Part shown: positions 32,956-45,510 of the stretch, in pieces
How positions within the stretch are numbered: the stretch's first letter is position 1
Layout: every line of letters begins with the position of its first letter
Source: Gemmatimonadota bacterium
Lineage (GTDB): Bacteria; Gemmatimonadota; Gemmatimonadetes; Palauibacterales; Palauibacteraceae
DNA: 64,000 bases
Reading direction: 5' to 3'
NCBI GenBank assembly: GCA_963666735.1
Contig: OY762926.1
Location: 832,001 to 896,000, forward strand
Made by a program: the position numbers and the translations under genes
The notes under the pieces: model-generated
Database searches by the model: none
What the model was told of the DNA's origin: nothing
Seen by the model: the letters and a program-made list of their open reading frames with translations, nothing else

Positions 32956-34275
32956 TCATGTGATCAGCTTCTTCTTCTTCGCGGCCGGGAAGAGGACATT
33001 GTTGAGGATGAGCCGATAGCCCGCGGAATGACGATGGAGATCCAGGTCCGTCGGGGCGTCGCCGATCAGGTGGCGGGGGTCTTCCGGATCGTGTCCCCCC
33101 AGGTACGTGAAGGTGCCCTCCCCGAGGCTCCCGTGGAGGTACTTCACGCGTCCGCGCGCCTCCTCCTCCGCAAGCACGGTGACGCCGGGCTGCAGGCGTT
33201 CCTTCCGAAACGTCGTCGTGAGACCGTAGAAGTCGGGCAGCACGCGTCGATGGTTCTGGGTCAGCATGGCCGGAACCGGATCGAACTTGGCGCTGAAATC
33301 GAACAGCGAGAAGCTGCCGAGATCGACCCTCCAGGGGGTGTTTACCTGGTGCCCGTCGATATCGCTGAAGGCGCTGAGCGTGGGGTCCATCACGAGCACG
33401 GCGTCGCGGAAGGCGAGCGCGTCCGCCCAACGGAGCCTGTCGCTCGCCGCGGCATCCGGCGGCGATCCATCGGCGAAGGAGGCCGCGATGTCGGTCCCCG
33501 CCGCGGCGAGGGCCAGCTCCAGCGTTTCCGTCGCCGTGCACATCGCGAACAGGAAACCGCCTCCCTCGACGTAGCTCCGGAGCCGGACCGCGACGGCCTT
33601 CTTCAGGGCGGGCACGTTCGGATACCCGAGTTCGCGCGCGATCGCCTCGTTGCGGGCGACTTCCTCCTGCAGCCAGGCCGATGAAGCGTACGACAGGTAG
33701 AACTTCGAATACTGCCCCGTGAAATCCTCGTGATGGAGGTGCAGCCAGTCGAAGTTCTCGAGTTCCCCGGACAGCACCTCCCGATCCCAGATCCGTTCGT
33801 AGGGGATCTCGGCGTACTCGAGGGCCATCGTCACGGCATCGTCCCACGGAGAACTGTTGGGCGGCGTGTAGACCGCGATCGTCGGCGCCTTTTCCAGGGG
33901 CACGGCCTCCATGTTCCGCGTCTCGATCTCGCGGCGGATCCTCGCCACATCGGCACCGTCGAGCGTCTCCACGGTCACGCCCATGAGCGCGGCTCGCCGA
34001 CGGTTGGACGATGCGTCCGACACGAGAAATGACCCGGAGCGGTAATTCAGGAGCCATTCGGCCGACTGGCTCTCCGAGAGGCTGCCGAACACGTACCCGT
34101 AGGCTTTGAGGTGGTTCTCCTGTTCGCGGTCCATGGGGACGAGAAGCTGTGCTCCGACCCCCGAGGCGCCCGCAAGCGAGGCCAGACCCGCCAGCAGGAG
34201 GCGGCGCGGGAGGGGGCATCGAACGCGGCTTCGAACCCGGCATCGAATGCCGCTTCGTTTCGTCTCGGCCTTCAT
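32956..34275 (-). CDS. Conserved secreted protein of unknown function, probable class I GATase-like fold
   Basis: Signal-like segment, LVPMD..Q.NHLKAYG, PWDDAV, WLHLHHEDFTGQY, GGFLFAMC, GGHDPED, YRLILNNVLFPAA; family recalled as loosely labelled 'asparagine synthetase B'. Confidence 0.75.
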   Translation of the reverse strand: MKAETKRSGIRCRVRSRVRCPLPRRLLLAGLASLAGASGVGAQLLVPMDREQENHLKAYGYVFGSLSESQSAEWLLNYRSGSFLVSDASSNRRRAALMGVTVETLDGADVARIRREIETRNMEAVPLEKAPTIAVYTPPNSSPWDDAVTMALEYAEIPYERIWDREVLSGELENFDWLHLHHEDFTGQYSKFYLSYASSAWLQEEVARNEAIARELGYPNVPALKKAVAVRLRSYVEGGGFLFAMCTATETLELALAAAGTDIAASFADGSPPDAAASDRLRWADALAFRDAVLVMDPTLSAFSDIDGHQVNTPWRVDLGSFSLFDFSAKFDPVPAMLTQNHRRVLPDFYGLTTTFRKERLQPGVTVLAEEEARGRVKYLHGSLGEGTFTYLGGHDPEDPRHLIGDAPTDLDLHRHSAGYRLILNNVLFPAAKKKKLIT

Positions 34276-36095
34276 CGGCCTCCTCCATCGAGTTCGGCGA
34301 GCATGCGGCGCGCGACCGGCGCAAGGGCGCTGCGGGGATACCCCACGATCAGCTGTTCCAGCCAGGACGCGGCGTCGGCGGGGGAGGACGCGCGTGCGAG
34401 ATCCAGGAGAGCGGGGGGGGCCTCGGGGCTTCCCGGGTGCCGCCGGACGATCTGGCGCCGCAGGGCGCCGGCGATGCGGGCCTGGCCGGCTGCGTCGGCC
34501 GCCTCGGCGAGGAAGCCCAGCACAACGGAACGGCCGCTCGATGCCGGGCGGGCGGCCAGGTCGCGGAGTGCCGGCCCGGGATCGAACGCCTCCGGAGCGG
34601 CGAGGAGGCCGAGCGCGGCGGCGCCCGCGATGCGGACCTCCGCCGTATCCGCCGCCTGTACGAGCGTCAGCAGCCGCAGGCGGCGCGTCCGTTCCGCCGC
34701 CCCGATTTCCGCCTCGCGGACGCTGCGGCTCGCCCGCTCCCGCGCGGAATCGCGCTGGCCCGCGTACAGCGCCAGCCGTGCCGCCGCGGCGTCGAGCCGC
34801 CCCGACGAAGCGACGCGAATCCTCTTCCGGGCGTCGGCCACCAGCGCCTCCGCCGTAGCGAGATCGCCGGCCCGCGCCTGGCCGAGCGCGAGATCCCCCC
34901 GCATCCCGGCCTCGGCAGCCGTGGAGTCCGGATACTGCCTCACATAGCGGTCAAGTACGGAGGCTGCTTCAACCAGCGAAGCGGGGTTGGCCGCGAGAAG
35001 CCCGAACAGCCGGCGCGACGCCAGTTGGTGCGGGCCGTCGCCGGAGGTGCTCTCCCGCATCAGTTCCTCGAGCGCCCGCCGCGCCGAAGCCGTATCCCCC
35101 GCGGCCAGCGCCTGCTCCCCGGACAGCGCGAGCCAGCGCAGGCGATCCACCGGCCGCGCGCTCAGGCCGGCGAGCCGCCGGGCGGACCAGGCGACCTCGC
35201 CGGGAAGCTCCGCCGCCTCCGCTTCGCGCACGTACTCGCGCAGGAACGCGGCACCCTCGGGGTCCTCCGGCATCGGCGCCGCCTCGGCCAGCGCCCGGGC
35301 CGCCTCCGCGCGCCCCAGCCGCAGCGCGACGATGGCCCCCGCCCGGGATGCTCCGTCCCGCCGGTCGGCCAGACGCCCGCGCAGCCGTTCGAAGGAAGCC
35401 GCATCGGCGGCGGACCCTTGGGCCTCGGCCGCCCGGAGGCCCGTTTCCACTTCGTCCGTCGCCGGCGGTGCGAGGGCGAGAAGCTCGACCCACGCCGCGG
35501 CCAGCCGATCTCCGTCACCCGCAGCGAGAAGGAGGTCGGCGAAGCGCGTGAGGAGTTCCCTGCCGGGGGTCGCGGCGTCGCCCAGCGTCCGGATCGCCCC
35601 CGCGGAATCCCCCACCGCAAGCTGGACATCGGCGCGGGCCAGCCGCGCCGCGGAGAGTTGGGGGGCTTCCTTCAGCCAGCGGTCGCTCACGGCGAGGGCC
35701 GAATCGAGCAGCCCCGCGCCGGTCAACCCTCGCACCCACCACAGCCGGGCGACCTCCTCGTCCGGGGCCGCGGCAACGGCGGCCTCCGCGTACGGCACGA
35801 GCGCGGCGGCCTCACCCGACTCCAGGGCCAGCTCGCCGAGCAGCGCGAGCGCGCCGGGCGACGCGGGCGCCCGCGCCAGGTGTTCGCGCAGGGCGGATGC
35901 GGCTTCCGCGGCCCGTCCGCCCGCGCGAAGGCGCTCCGCCCGCGCTACGGTGCGCTGCTCCGAGGTCGCGGATGCCTGGCCGGCCACGGCCGAGACCGTC
36001 GGCAACTGGGCGCCGCAAACACCCGCAAGGAGCACGAACGTCCGCGTCGCGCCGCAGATCCCGCCCGCGGGGAACCGGAGCCGGAGACGATCCAC
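34272..36095 (-). CDS. Tetratricopeptide-repeat exported protein
   Basis: Signal-like N-terminus, Ala/Leu helical repeats, YPDS/HPGS/YPRS turns; ATGA overlap with the next gene. Confidence 0.7.
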   Translation of the reverse strand: MDRLRLRFPAGGICGATRTFVLLAGVCGAQLPTVSAVAGQASATSEQRTVARAERLRAGGRAAEAASALREHLARAPASPGALALLGELALESGEAAALVPYAEAAVAAAPDEEVARLWWVRGLTGAGLLDSALAVSDRWLKEAPQLSAARLARADVQLAVGDSAGAIRTLGDAATPGRELLTRFADLLLAAGDGDRLAAAWVELLALAPPATDEVETGLRAAEAQGSAADAASFERLRGRLADRRDGASRAGAIVALRLGRAEAARALAEAAPMPEDPEGAAFLREYVREAEAAELPGEVAWSARRLAGLSARPVDRLRWLALSGEQALAAGDTASARRALEELMRESTSGDGPHQLASRRLFGLLAANPASLVEAASVLDRYVRQYPDSTAAEAGMRGDLALGQARAGDLATAEALVADARKRIRVASSGRLDAAAARLALYAGQRDSARERASRSVREAEIGAAERTRRLRLLTLVQAADTAEVRIAGAAALGLLAAPEAFDPGPALRDLAARPASSGRSVVLGFLAEAADAAGQARIAGALRRQIVRRHPGSPEAPPALLDLARASSPADAASWLEQLIVGYPRSALAPVARRMLAELDGGGR

Positions 36096-36096
36096 G

Positions 36097-39000
36097 TCAG
36101 GGCTCCCGCCGGGCCGCGGCGCCTGACGGAGGCACGCGGTTCAGGCGGTCGAAGTACTCGAAGATCAGCGATCGGTAGAAGAGCGGCAGCTCCCGGAGCA
36201 GGGCTTCCGCGGGCGCCGGGTAGCGGCGTCCCCGCAGCAGCTCCGGGTCGATCGGCGGCGGGGTCCCCGGCGGAGCCGTGGCTTCGCGCGACTCCCGCTC
36301 GTTGGGGTCGAGATCCTCATCCTCGAGCGAGCGCCCCGCGTCGAGCATGCGCCGGAAGAGTTGGCGCTGTCGTTCAAGCGTCTCCTGCGTGGGCCCCTCC
36401 AACTCGAGCTGCCGTGCGAGTTCGGCCGCCTCCTCCGCCAGTTCCTCGGGACGTCCCAGCAGATCGCCCTCCGGATCTTCCAGCTCTCCGAGTTCGTCGG
36501 CGACCTCCTCCTGCCGCCGCACGATCTCCTCGCGCCGCCGCTCCTCTCCCGACGGCCGCGGGCCGGGCATGAGGAGCGAACTCGTCTCCTGCGTCACGGC
36601 CTGCTGCTGCTGAGCGAGCTGGTTCATCTGATCCGCCGCGTCCTGGCCGGCGGATTCCTGCCCGGCCGCCCGCGCCGCCTCCTCGCTCGCCAGCAGATGT
36701 CGGGCCAGCGAGTTCAGCGACTCCTGGATGCCCTCGACCTCCGCCCGAGACGGGAGACGCCGCGCGCCATCTCCCGCGAGCCGGTCCAGCAACTGATCCA
36801 TGCGTTCCGCCGCCTCGCCCGCCGCCGCCCCGGTACGCTGGTCGAGCATGGCGGCCTCGTTCCCGGCCTCGGAGAGTCGTTCGACCAGGTTCTCCAAGCC
36901 CTGACGCACGGCCCCCTGCTGCGCGCGCCAGGATGCCGGATCCGCCGTATTCTCACCCCGCGTCGCCTCCGACAGACGGCCCTCCTCCTCCGCCAGCGCG
37001 AGCGCTTCGCTGCGCGCGCGAGCCAGCGACTCGACGGCGGCCTCCCCCTGTTCCCCGCTCATCTCCCGCTGCGCCGAGCCGAGGGCGCCCGCCGCCTGTT
37101 CGAGCGCCTCCGCGGCTTCCTCCGCCGCCTGCCGCTCCGATTCGCCGACCTCGCCCGGCTCTCCGGATGGGGACGGCTCGGTTCCACTATGCGCGTCGGC
37201 CATCTTCCCGAGGGCCTCCTGCGTGCGCTCACCGGCGGCCCGGGCCGAATCCGCAGCCATCTCCCGGTCCGCCGCCTCGAGTTCCGCCTCCAGCTCGGCC
37301 AGGCGCTCCGCCAGCGCCTCGGCCTGTTCGACGAGAGACTCCTGGCCCTCCTGAAACGTCTCGGCATCCGTCTCGCCGGCGACTTCCCTCTGCTCCTGCG
37401 CCAGTTCATCCGCGTTGGCCTGCGCCGACTTCATCGCTTGTTCGAGCGCAGCCTGCTCGAGCATGCCGAGCGTCTGGTCCACCTGCTCGCGCAGATTCTC
37501 GTAATCGTTGGAGAGCTGTTCGAGCGCTTCGCGCACCGCTTCCGGATCCAGCTCGCGCAGTGCTTCCGCGAGCGCCTCGATCTGCTCCTCGAGTCCGCTC
37601 GTGGCCAGTTCCTCGTAGCGTTCGGCCAGACGCTGCAACTGCTCCCGCAGCGCGGGGTCGGAGAGCGGCGAGGCTTCGAGTTCCTCCTGAAGAGCCTGGA
37701 GCTGTTCCTCCACCCCATCGAACTCCGCCTCGGACCGCTGCGCCTCATCGAGTACGCTCCGCGCCTCTTCCGTGGCCTCGAACCGGACTTCCTCGCTGTC
37801 GTCCCCCTCGGCATCCGTCTGCCGCGCAGCGTCGGCCGCCGCCTCGGCCAACGCCTCCAGGCTCTCCTCCAGGGCCTGCGCGGCGTCGGACAAGGCCTCG
37901 GTTTGCTCCGCGCGCTGATCCCGAATCTCCGTGAAGGTCGGAACGCGAAGCAGGAAGACGTCGGAAAGCGCGGGCCCCCTGGCCGGGTGTCCGTCGAAGG
38001 CCTCGAAGCGGTAGAACAGCGTATCCCCGGGCAGGAAGGACTCCGCGCTGCGGTCGAGCAGGTGCCGGAAGACCGCGCGCGCCGCCCCGGCCGGTTCCGG
38101 GGAAAGCACCTCCCGTCGCTCCGCGCTTTCGCCGCCCAACCCTGAGCGCCAGCTGCGAACGAAGGCTCGGCGGAGCCCGATGTCGTCCTCCATGTCCACG
38201 ATGACCGGCATCACGCGCTCGTAGCCCAGGGTCGTGTCCGGGGCCGGATAGAGCAGGTGGATGCGCGGCTGAAGGTCGGGGACCACGAGCACCCGGATCG
38301 GGTCGGGGACGATGGGCGCGCCGAGCGACGATTCGGCCCGCAATTCCCACGCCCAGGCGCCGGTCCGCTCCGGAACCCACGAAACGGCGAACTGCGAACC
38401 CGCGATCTCCAGCGGGATTCGAGCTGGCGCCTCGCCGCTCTCACCGTCGCCGGACTCCCGTACGAGGGCCCCGCCATCGAGCGGGAGGTTCGTCTCCCCG
38501 CTCAACCGCAACCTCGTTCCCTGCGGCGCCACGAGCGGCGGAATCCGACCCCGGTAACGCTCCGAGGCGCGCCCGAGATAAGCCGGGAACTCGACGGTGA
38601 GCTGGAGATCCTGGACCAGAAGCGGTTCGAGGGGGCGGACAAGAAGGGTGTCGCTCGATAACCCCTCCCGGTCTTCGGCCCACACCGCCGTGAGAGAGAT
38701 GATCGGGGCGGTGCGGCCCTGCGCCGAACCGGCCGCCGATACCTCGAGGAGGGTCCGTTCGGGCGCCCGGCCCGCCGCGCGCCACACCAGGTCGACCCGG
38801 TCGCGTCCCGTAGCCGAGACGGACACCACAGCCGCTTCTCCGCGCGGTACACCGGGCGCGCCGGTGAGGCCGAGGGGCGGAAGCGGCGCGGGAAAGGCCG
38901 CACGCCACGGCGCGCCCAATGCTGCGGCGGCGGAGAACGTGGGCTGCGGGCGCAGCAGCGCGGCCACCGAGATCGCGAGCAGCATGAGCGCCACGGCGAG

Positions 39001-39462
39001 ACCCGAACGGCGAACCCGCCGCTTCCACGCCGGGCCGCTGACCGGCAGGAGCCCGCGCGGCGCGGCGTTCCCCAGCGCCTCGGATACACGCGAGCGGTGG
39101 AGCGCGGCCAATCCGGCGCCCCCAACCGCCTCCGCCCCTTCCAGCTCGATCGCGGAGCGGACATCGCCGGCCCCCAGTCCCGCCGCAACGTCCGCCTCCT
39201 CCGCCACCGCCTGCGGGCGCAGCGCGCGCCAGACGCGGCGGACGATCCACGTCAGCCCGGCGAGGCCGGCCCACAGCACGAGGGCGAGCGCGAGCGGCAC
39301 GAGCGATCCGCGGCCTTCCCGAGCGGAAACCGGGAGCAGGGATAGGACGAGAACCAGCGCACCGCCCAGCGTAACGGCTGAAGCCGCCGCCGTCCCCGCA
39401 GCGCGCGCTCGAGCCGCCGTGCACGCGGCGGCCAGCCGTTCGAAGCCGAATCCGTCACTCAT
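36097..39462 (-). CDS. DUF4175-like membrane protein with Ig-like domains and long coiled coil
   Basis: Three N-terminal TMs, FPAYL motif, VPDLQP Ig domain, Glu/Gln coiled coil, C-terminal RQ..RMLDA..YFDRL; ATGA overlap with rsmI. Confidence 0.75.
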   Translation of the reverse strand: MSDGFGFERLAAACTAARARAAGTAAASAVTLGGALVLVLSLLPVSAREGRGSLVPLALALVLWAGLAGLTWIVRRVWRALRPQAVAEEADVAAGLGAGDVRSAIELEGAEAVGGAGLAALHRSRVSEALGNAAPRGLLPVSGPAWKRRVRRSGLAVALMLLAISVAALLRPQPTFSAAAALGAPWRAAFPAPLPPLGLTGAPGVPRGEAAVVSVSATGRDRVDLVWRAAGRAPERTLLEVSAAGSAQGRTAPIISLTAVWAEDREGLSSDTLLVRPLEPLLVQDLQLTVEFPAYLGRASERYRGRIPPLVAPQGTRLRLSGETNLPLDGGALVRESGDGESGEAPARIPLEIAGSQFAVSWVPERTGAWAWELRAESSLGAPIVPDPIRVLVVPDLQPRIHLLYPAPDTTLGYERVMPVIVDMEDDIGLRRAFVRSWRSGLGGESAERREVLSPEPAGAARAVFRHLLDRSAESFLPGDTLFYRFEAFDGHPARGPALSDVFLLRVPTFTEIRDQRAEQTEALSDAAQALEESLEALAEAAADAARQTDAEGDDSEEVRFEATEEARSVLDEAQRSEAEFDGVEEQLQALQEELEASPLSDPALREQLQRLAERYEELATSGLEEQIEALAEALRELDPEAVREALEQLSNDYENLREQVDQTLGMLEQAALEQAMKSAQANADELAQEQREVAGETDAETFQEGQESLVEQAEALAERLAELEAELEAADREMAADSARAAGERTQEALGKMADAHSGTEPSPSGEPGEVGESERQAAEEAAEALEQAAGALGSAQREMSGEQGEAAVESLARARSEALALAEEEGRLSEATRGENTADPASWRAQQGAVRQGLENLVERLSEAGNEAAMLDQRTGAAAGEAAERMDQLLDRLAGDGARRLPSRAEVEGIQESLNSLARHLLASEEAARAAGQESAGQDAADQMNQLAQQQQAVTQETSSLLMPGPRPSGEERRREEIVRRQEEVADELGELEDPEGDLLGRPEELAEEAAELARQLELEGPTQETLERQRQLFRRMLDAGRSLEDEDLDPNERESREATAPPGTPPPIDPELLRGRRYPAPAEALLRELPLFYRSLIFEYFDRLNRVPPSGAAARREP

Positions 39463-40373
39463 TCCGAGGGCGCCTCTTGAACCTGCAAGCTCACGCGATA
39501 GGCCTCGTTCCGGCTCAGACCGAACTCCGCAGCCAGGCGGCCGGCAATCTCGCGCCGCCGCAGGCCATCGCGCGACCAATGTCGCGCCTCCTCCATCAGG
39601 ACCGCCAGATCGGGCACTTCGTTGCCTGCCGTGTTGCCTGCCGCGCCCTCCCCGAAGACGATCGTCACCTCGCCCCTGACCTCGCGGGTCGCGAACCCGG
39701 ACGCCAGCTCGCGCACGGATCCGGCCGTGGTTTCCTCGTGCATTTTCGTCAGCTCCCTGCAGACGACGGCAGCCCGCTCCCCCAGGCCCGCTTCGGTCAG
39801 CTCACCGAGGAGGGCGACCAGCCGTCCCGGAGCCTCGAACGCAACCGCGGTGTCCACGCAGGCGCGGAGATCGTCGATCCAGGCAGAGCGTTCGCCACGG
39901 CGCCGGGGGACGAATCCGAGAAAAAGAAACCGGTCCGCCGGAAAGCCGGACACGGAGAGCGCCGCGAGCACGGCGGAAGGACCGGGAACCGCCAGCACCT
40001 CGTGCCCCGCTTCGCGGGCGGCGGCCACGGCCCGGCAGCCGGGGTCGGATACGGTCGGCGTGCCCGCGTCGGAAACCAGGGCCGCGGTGCGGCCCGCGGC
40101 GAGGGCGGCGATCAACTCCTCCACCCGCGCCCGCTCGTTGTGCATGTGCAGCGATCGCAACGGGACGTTCGCCTCCACCCGCGCGAGCAGCTTGCCCGTG
40201 CGCCGCGTGTCTTCCGCGTAGCACACGTCGACCGAACGCAGAATCCGGACCGCACGCCGCGGCATGTCGTCCAGATTGCCGATCGGCGTGCCGACCACGT
40301 AGAGCGTTCCCGTCACGACACGCGTCCTCGTCTCCCGTTCGCCGCCCGATGCGCCCGCGCCCCCCGAAGCCAC
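39459..40373 (-). CDS. rsmI: 16S rRNA (cytidine1402-2'-O)-methyltransferase
   Basis: LYVVGTPIGNL, AEDTR, VSDAGTP..SDPG, RELTKMHEE, RGEV; start may be GTG 40316. Confidence 0.93.
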   Translation of the reverse strand: MASGGAGASGGERETRTRVVTGTLYVVGTPIGNLDDMPRRAVRILRSVDVCYAEDTRRTGKLLARVEANVPLRSLHMHNERARVEELIAALAAGRTAALVSDAGTPTVSDPGCRAVAAAREAGHEVLAVPGPSAVLAALSVSGFPADRFLFLGFVPRRRGERSAWIDDLRACVDTAVAFEAPGRLVALLGELTEAGLGERAAVVCRELTKMHEETTAGSVRELASGFATREVRGEVTIVFGEGAAGNTAGNEVPDLAVLMEEARHWSRDGLRRREIAGRLAAEFGLSRNEAYRVSLQVQEAPSE

Positions 40374-40421
40374 CTGGGCCGGGGGGCGCGGAGTCGGCGT
40401 GGCCCGTGGCGGCGGCGCCCC

Positions 40422-40760
40422 TCAGGCGTGCTCGAGGATCTTTCTCTCGAGAGAATCCCTGGGGTGCGCCCCCACGAGGGTGTCCACGACCTCCCCGTCC
40501 CTGAAGAAGAGGATGCTCGGGATCGAGCGCACGTTGAAGCGAAATGCGGTTTGCGGGTTCGCATCCACGTCGAGTTTTCCGATCGTGACGCGCCCCGAAT
40601 ACTCCTGCGCGAGTTCGTCGACAATCGGCCCGACGAGCCGGCACGGGCCGCACCACTCCGCCCAGAAATCCACCATCGCCAAGCCATCCGCGCCCTCGAT
40701 CTCGTCCGCGAAGTTCGCATCCGTGATCTCGACGGGCCCTCCGTTCGCAACTTCAGCCAT
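40422..40760 (-). CDS. trxA: Thioredoxin
   Basis: DFWAEWCGPC, VRSIP; CAGGAG SD. Confidence 0.95.
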   Translation of the reverse strand: MAEVANGGPVEITDANFADEIEGADGLAMVDFWAEWCGPCRLVGPIVDELAQEYSGRVTIGKLDVDANPQTAFRFNVRSIPSILFFRDGEVVDTLVGAHPRDSLERKILEHA

Positions 40761-40925
40761 TCGAATCTCCTGTTCGTGTGCCGCCCCGCCCACCCGTCCG
40801 GGAGGAACCGCTTCTCCTCACTGGCTCCGGCGTGGGGTCCGGAATACGTTCCCGCGCGCGGGCGCAGTTGAGGTTTCGTACCCCGGCGCCACCGCTCGTG
40901 TTCTCCGAAAGGGTTTCCGGCCGCA

Positions 40926-41360
40926 GTGAACCAAGGCAATCGCATTCCGGGCGCGCCCATTATCGACCACGTGGGAATCGCGGTCAACTCGCTTCCTGAA
41001 GCCGTACGGCAGTGGTCCGCCATCCTGGGCCAGCCGCCGTCCGGCGAGGAAACCGTTCCCGCGGAGGGCATTCGGGCCACCTTCCTCGGCGAGGGCGCCG
41101 GGCGGATCGAATTGCTCGCTCCCCTGACCCCGGAGTCGCCCATTGCCCGCTTCCTCGACCGGCGCGGGCCCGGCATCCACCACGTCTGCGTCCGCGTCGA
41201 CGATCTCGAGGTGGCCCTCGCGGGGGCCGAAGCGGACGGGGCGGAAGCCATCCCGCCGCGGATCCGCCGCGGCGCCGGCGGTGCCCGCATCGCGTTTCTG
41301 CATCCCCGCTCGCTGAACGGAGTTCTCCTGGAGATGCGGGAGGATCCCGAGCGAGGGTGA
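40926..41360 (+). CDS. mce: Methylmalonyl-CoA epimerase
   Basis: IDHVGIAV, IELL.P, GPGIHHVC, FLHPR..GVLLE. Confidence 0.9.
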   Translation: MNQGNRIPGAPIIDHVGIAVNSLPEAVRQWSAILGQPPSGEETVPAEGIRATFLGEGAGRIELLAPLTPESPIARFLDRRGPGIHHVCVRVDDLEVALAGAEADGAEAIPPRIRRGAGGARIAFLHPRSLNGVLLEMREDPERG

Positions 41361-42172
41361 CGCAGGAGCCGGAGCCCCCCGAGCCCCCCGCAGGGTCGCC
41401 GCGCCGGTCGGAGCGCCCCCGGCCGGAGTTCTCCGTCATCGTGCCGACGCTCGATGAGGAAGCGCGGCTCGATGAGACGCTCCGGCGCGCAGAGTCCGCC
41501 CTCGGCCCGGACGCGGAAGTCATCGTGGTCGACGGAGGCAGCCGGGATCGCACGGCGGAGATCGCGGCCGCCCACGGCCGCGTGCTGTCGACGTGCCGCA
41601 ATCGCGGCGCCCAGCTCGCCGCCGGAGCCCGGGCCGCCGCCGGAGAGGTTCTCATCTTCGTGCACGCCGACACGTGGCTTCCCGATGGCGGCGCGACGGC
41701 CATCCGCACCGCGGTTCGCGGAGGCGCGGAGGCGGGCTGTTTCCGCTTCGCCCTTCAACCGCGCGCGCGCCGATGGCGCTATCGCCTGCTCGAATGGGGC
41801 GTGAACTGGCGGACGCGCCGATTCAACACCGCCACGGGCGATCAGGCCCTCTTCGCCACGCGCGACGCCTACGAGGCATGCGGCGGCTTCCGGGATCTTC
41901 CCCTCTTCGAAGACGTGACCTTCGTCCGGACCGTGCGGCGAGTCACGCAGTTTCGCCTTCTCCCCCTCGCGGCGCGTACCTCGAGCCGACGCTGGGAAGC
42001 CGGTTTCCTCGGCACGGTCGTCAGGCACTGGGCGTTGCGTGCGGCCTTCCTCGCCGGCGCGGACCCGCAGCGACTCAGCCGCTACCACCAGCGGCCTTCC
42101 GGGATCACGGAATCCGCAGTCCCTCCGTCCCGATGCGCTCCACGAACCAGCGGCTCCCATCCGAAACGGTGA
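41357..42172 (+). CDS. GT2 glycosyltransferase, TIGR04283-like
   Basis: SVIVPTLDEE, VVDGGSRD, FVHADT, GDQALF, GGF..LFED, TSSRRW; GTGA overlap with mce. Confidence 0.85.
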   Translation: MTQEPEPPEPPAGSPRRSERPRPEFSVIVPTLDEEARLDETLRRAESALGPDAEVIVVDGGSRDRTAEIAAAHGRVLSTCRNRGAQLAAGARAAAGEVLIFVHADTWLPDGGATAIRTAVRGGAEAGCFRFALQPRARRWRYRLLEWGVNWRTRRFNTATGDQALFATRDAYEACGGFRDLPLFEDVTFVRTVRRVTQFRLLPLAARTSSRRWEAGFLGTVVRHWALRAAFLAGADPQRLSRYHQRPSGITESAVPPSRCAPRTSGSHPKR

Positions 42173-42556
42173 TGAACGGGACGCTCACATCCCCGTTGCG
42201 CGTCCCCGTCAGATCCACCATCCAGCGCGAGGCGCCTCCGGCCGCCGAGACGGGATTCGGGCGGAGTTCGTAGGCGCGCGGCGCGAGCAGGCGCGCGAGC
42301 ACGAACATCCTCTGTTCCGTCTCGGCCCGCCCCCAGCGACGGTCTGCCGGGCCTTCATCCGTTCCGAACAGCCGAGCCATGGCAGGGTAGTCGCGCAGCC
42401 TCGCGGCATCGAGAAACCGCGCGATGGCCGCCTCCGCGGACTCCGCTCCATAGATGTCCATGCCGGGCCGCGTCCCGGCGTCTCCGCGCGACGCGCAGCC
42501 GGCGAGCGCGAAACCCGCCACGGCCGCGGCCATGACCGCGACGCGGACTCCGGGGT

Positions 42557-42560
<4 letters not shown>
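42105..42560 (-). CDS. Hypothetical lipoprotein
   Basis: Lipobox LAGC; ATGA overlap with clpB. Confidence 0.7.
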
Positions 42561-45178
<2,618 letters not shown>

Positions 45179-45270
45179 CGTCTATTCGCCGCCTCGAAGT
45201 TCTTCCGTGTCGCTTCCGCGGGTGTTCGCGTCGAACCGCCGCCGTCGGGCCGCGGCCTCCCCGTTTCATG

Positions 45271-45286
45271 AGCAATCCCCGTGCCC
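45271..45286 (-). promoter_or_regulatory. Sigma54 (-24/-12) promoter upstream of clpB
   Basis: GGGCACGGGGATTGCT matches TGGCAC-N5-TTGCW apart from the first base (GG-N10-GC intact). Confidence 0.6.
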
Positions 45287-45406
45287 TCCCCCTGCGCCGG
45301 GTTCGGAGACCCCTATCCGCCGGAACGGCGGGATGACCGCCGATCAGGCGGTGAACGGGACCTCCGGGGACCCTCACGCGGTGCCACTTCGGCAGGGGCT
45401 CCCGTG

Positions 45407-45435
45407 TTGACCCCTGCCGGACCCGCGACTAGCGT
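45407..45435 (+). promoter_or_regulatory. Sigma70-type promoter for the OPT-remnant/mla unit
   Basis: TTGACC-17nt-TAGCGT. Confidence 0.6.
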
Positions 45436-45510
45436 CCCAGCGGTCGATCCCGCCCCATGAGGACTCGATCGTTTCCCGTGTCGGTCCCGGGACAATCTGG
45501 AGGGAAGCCC

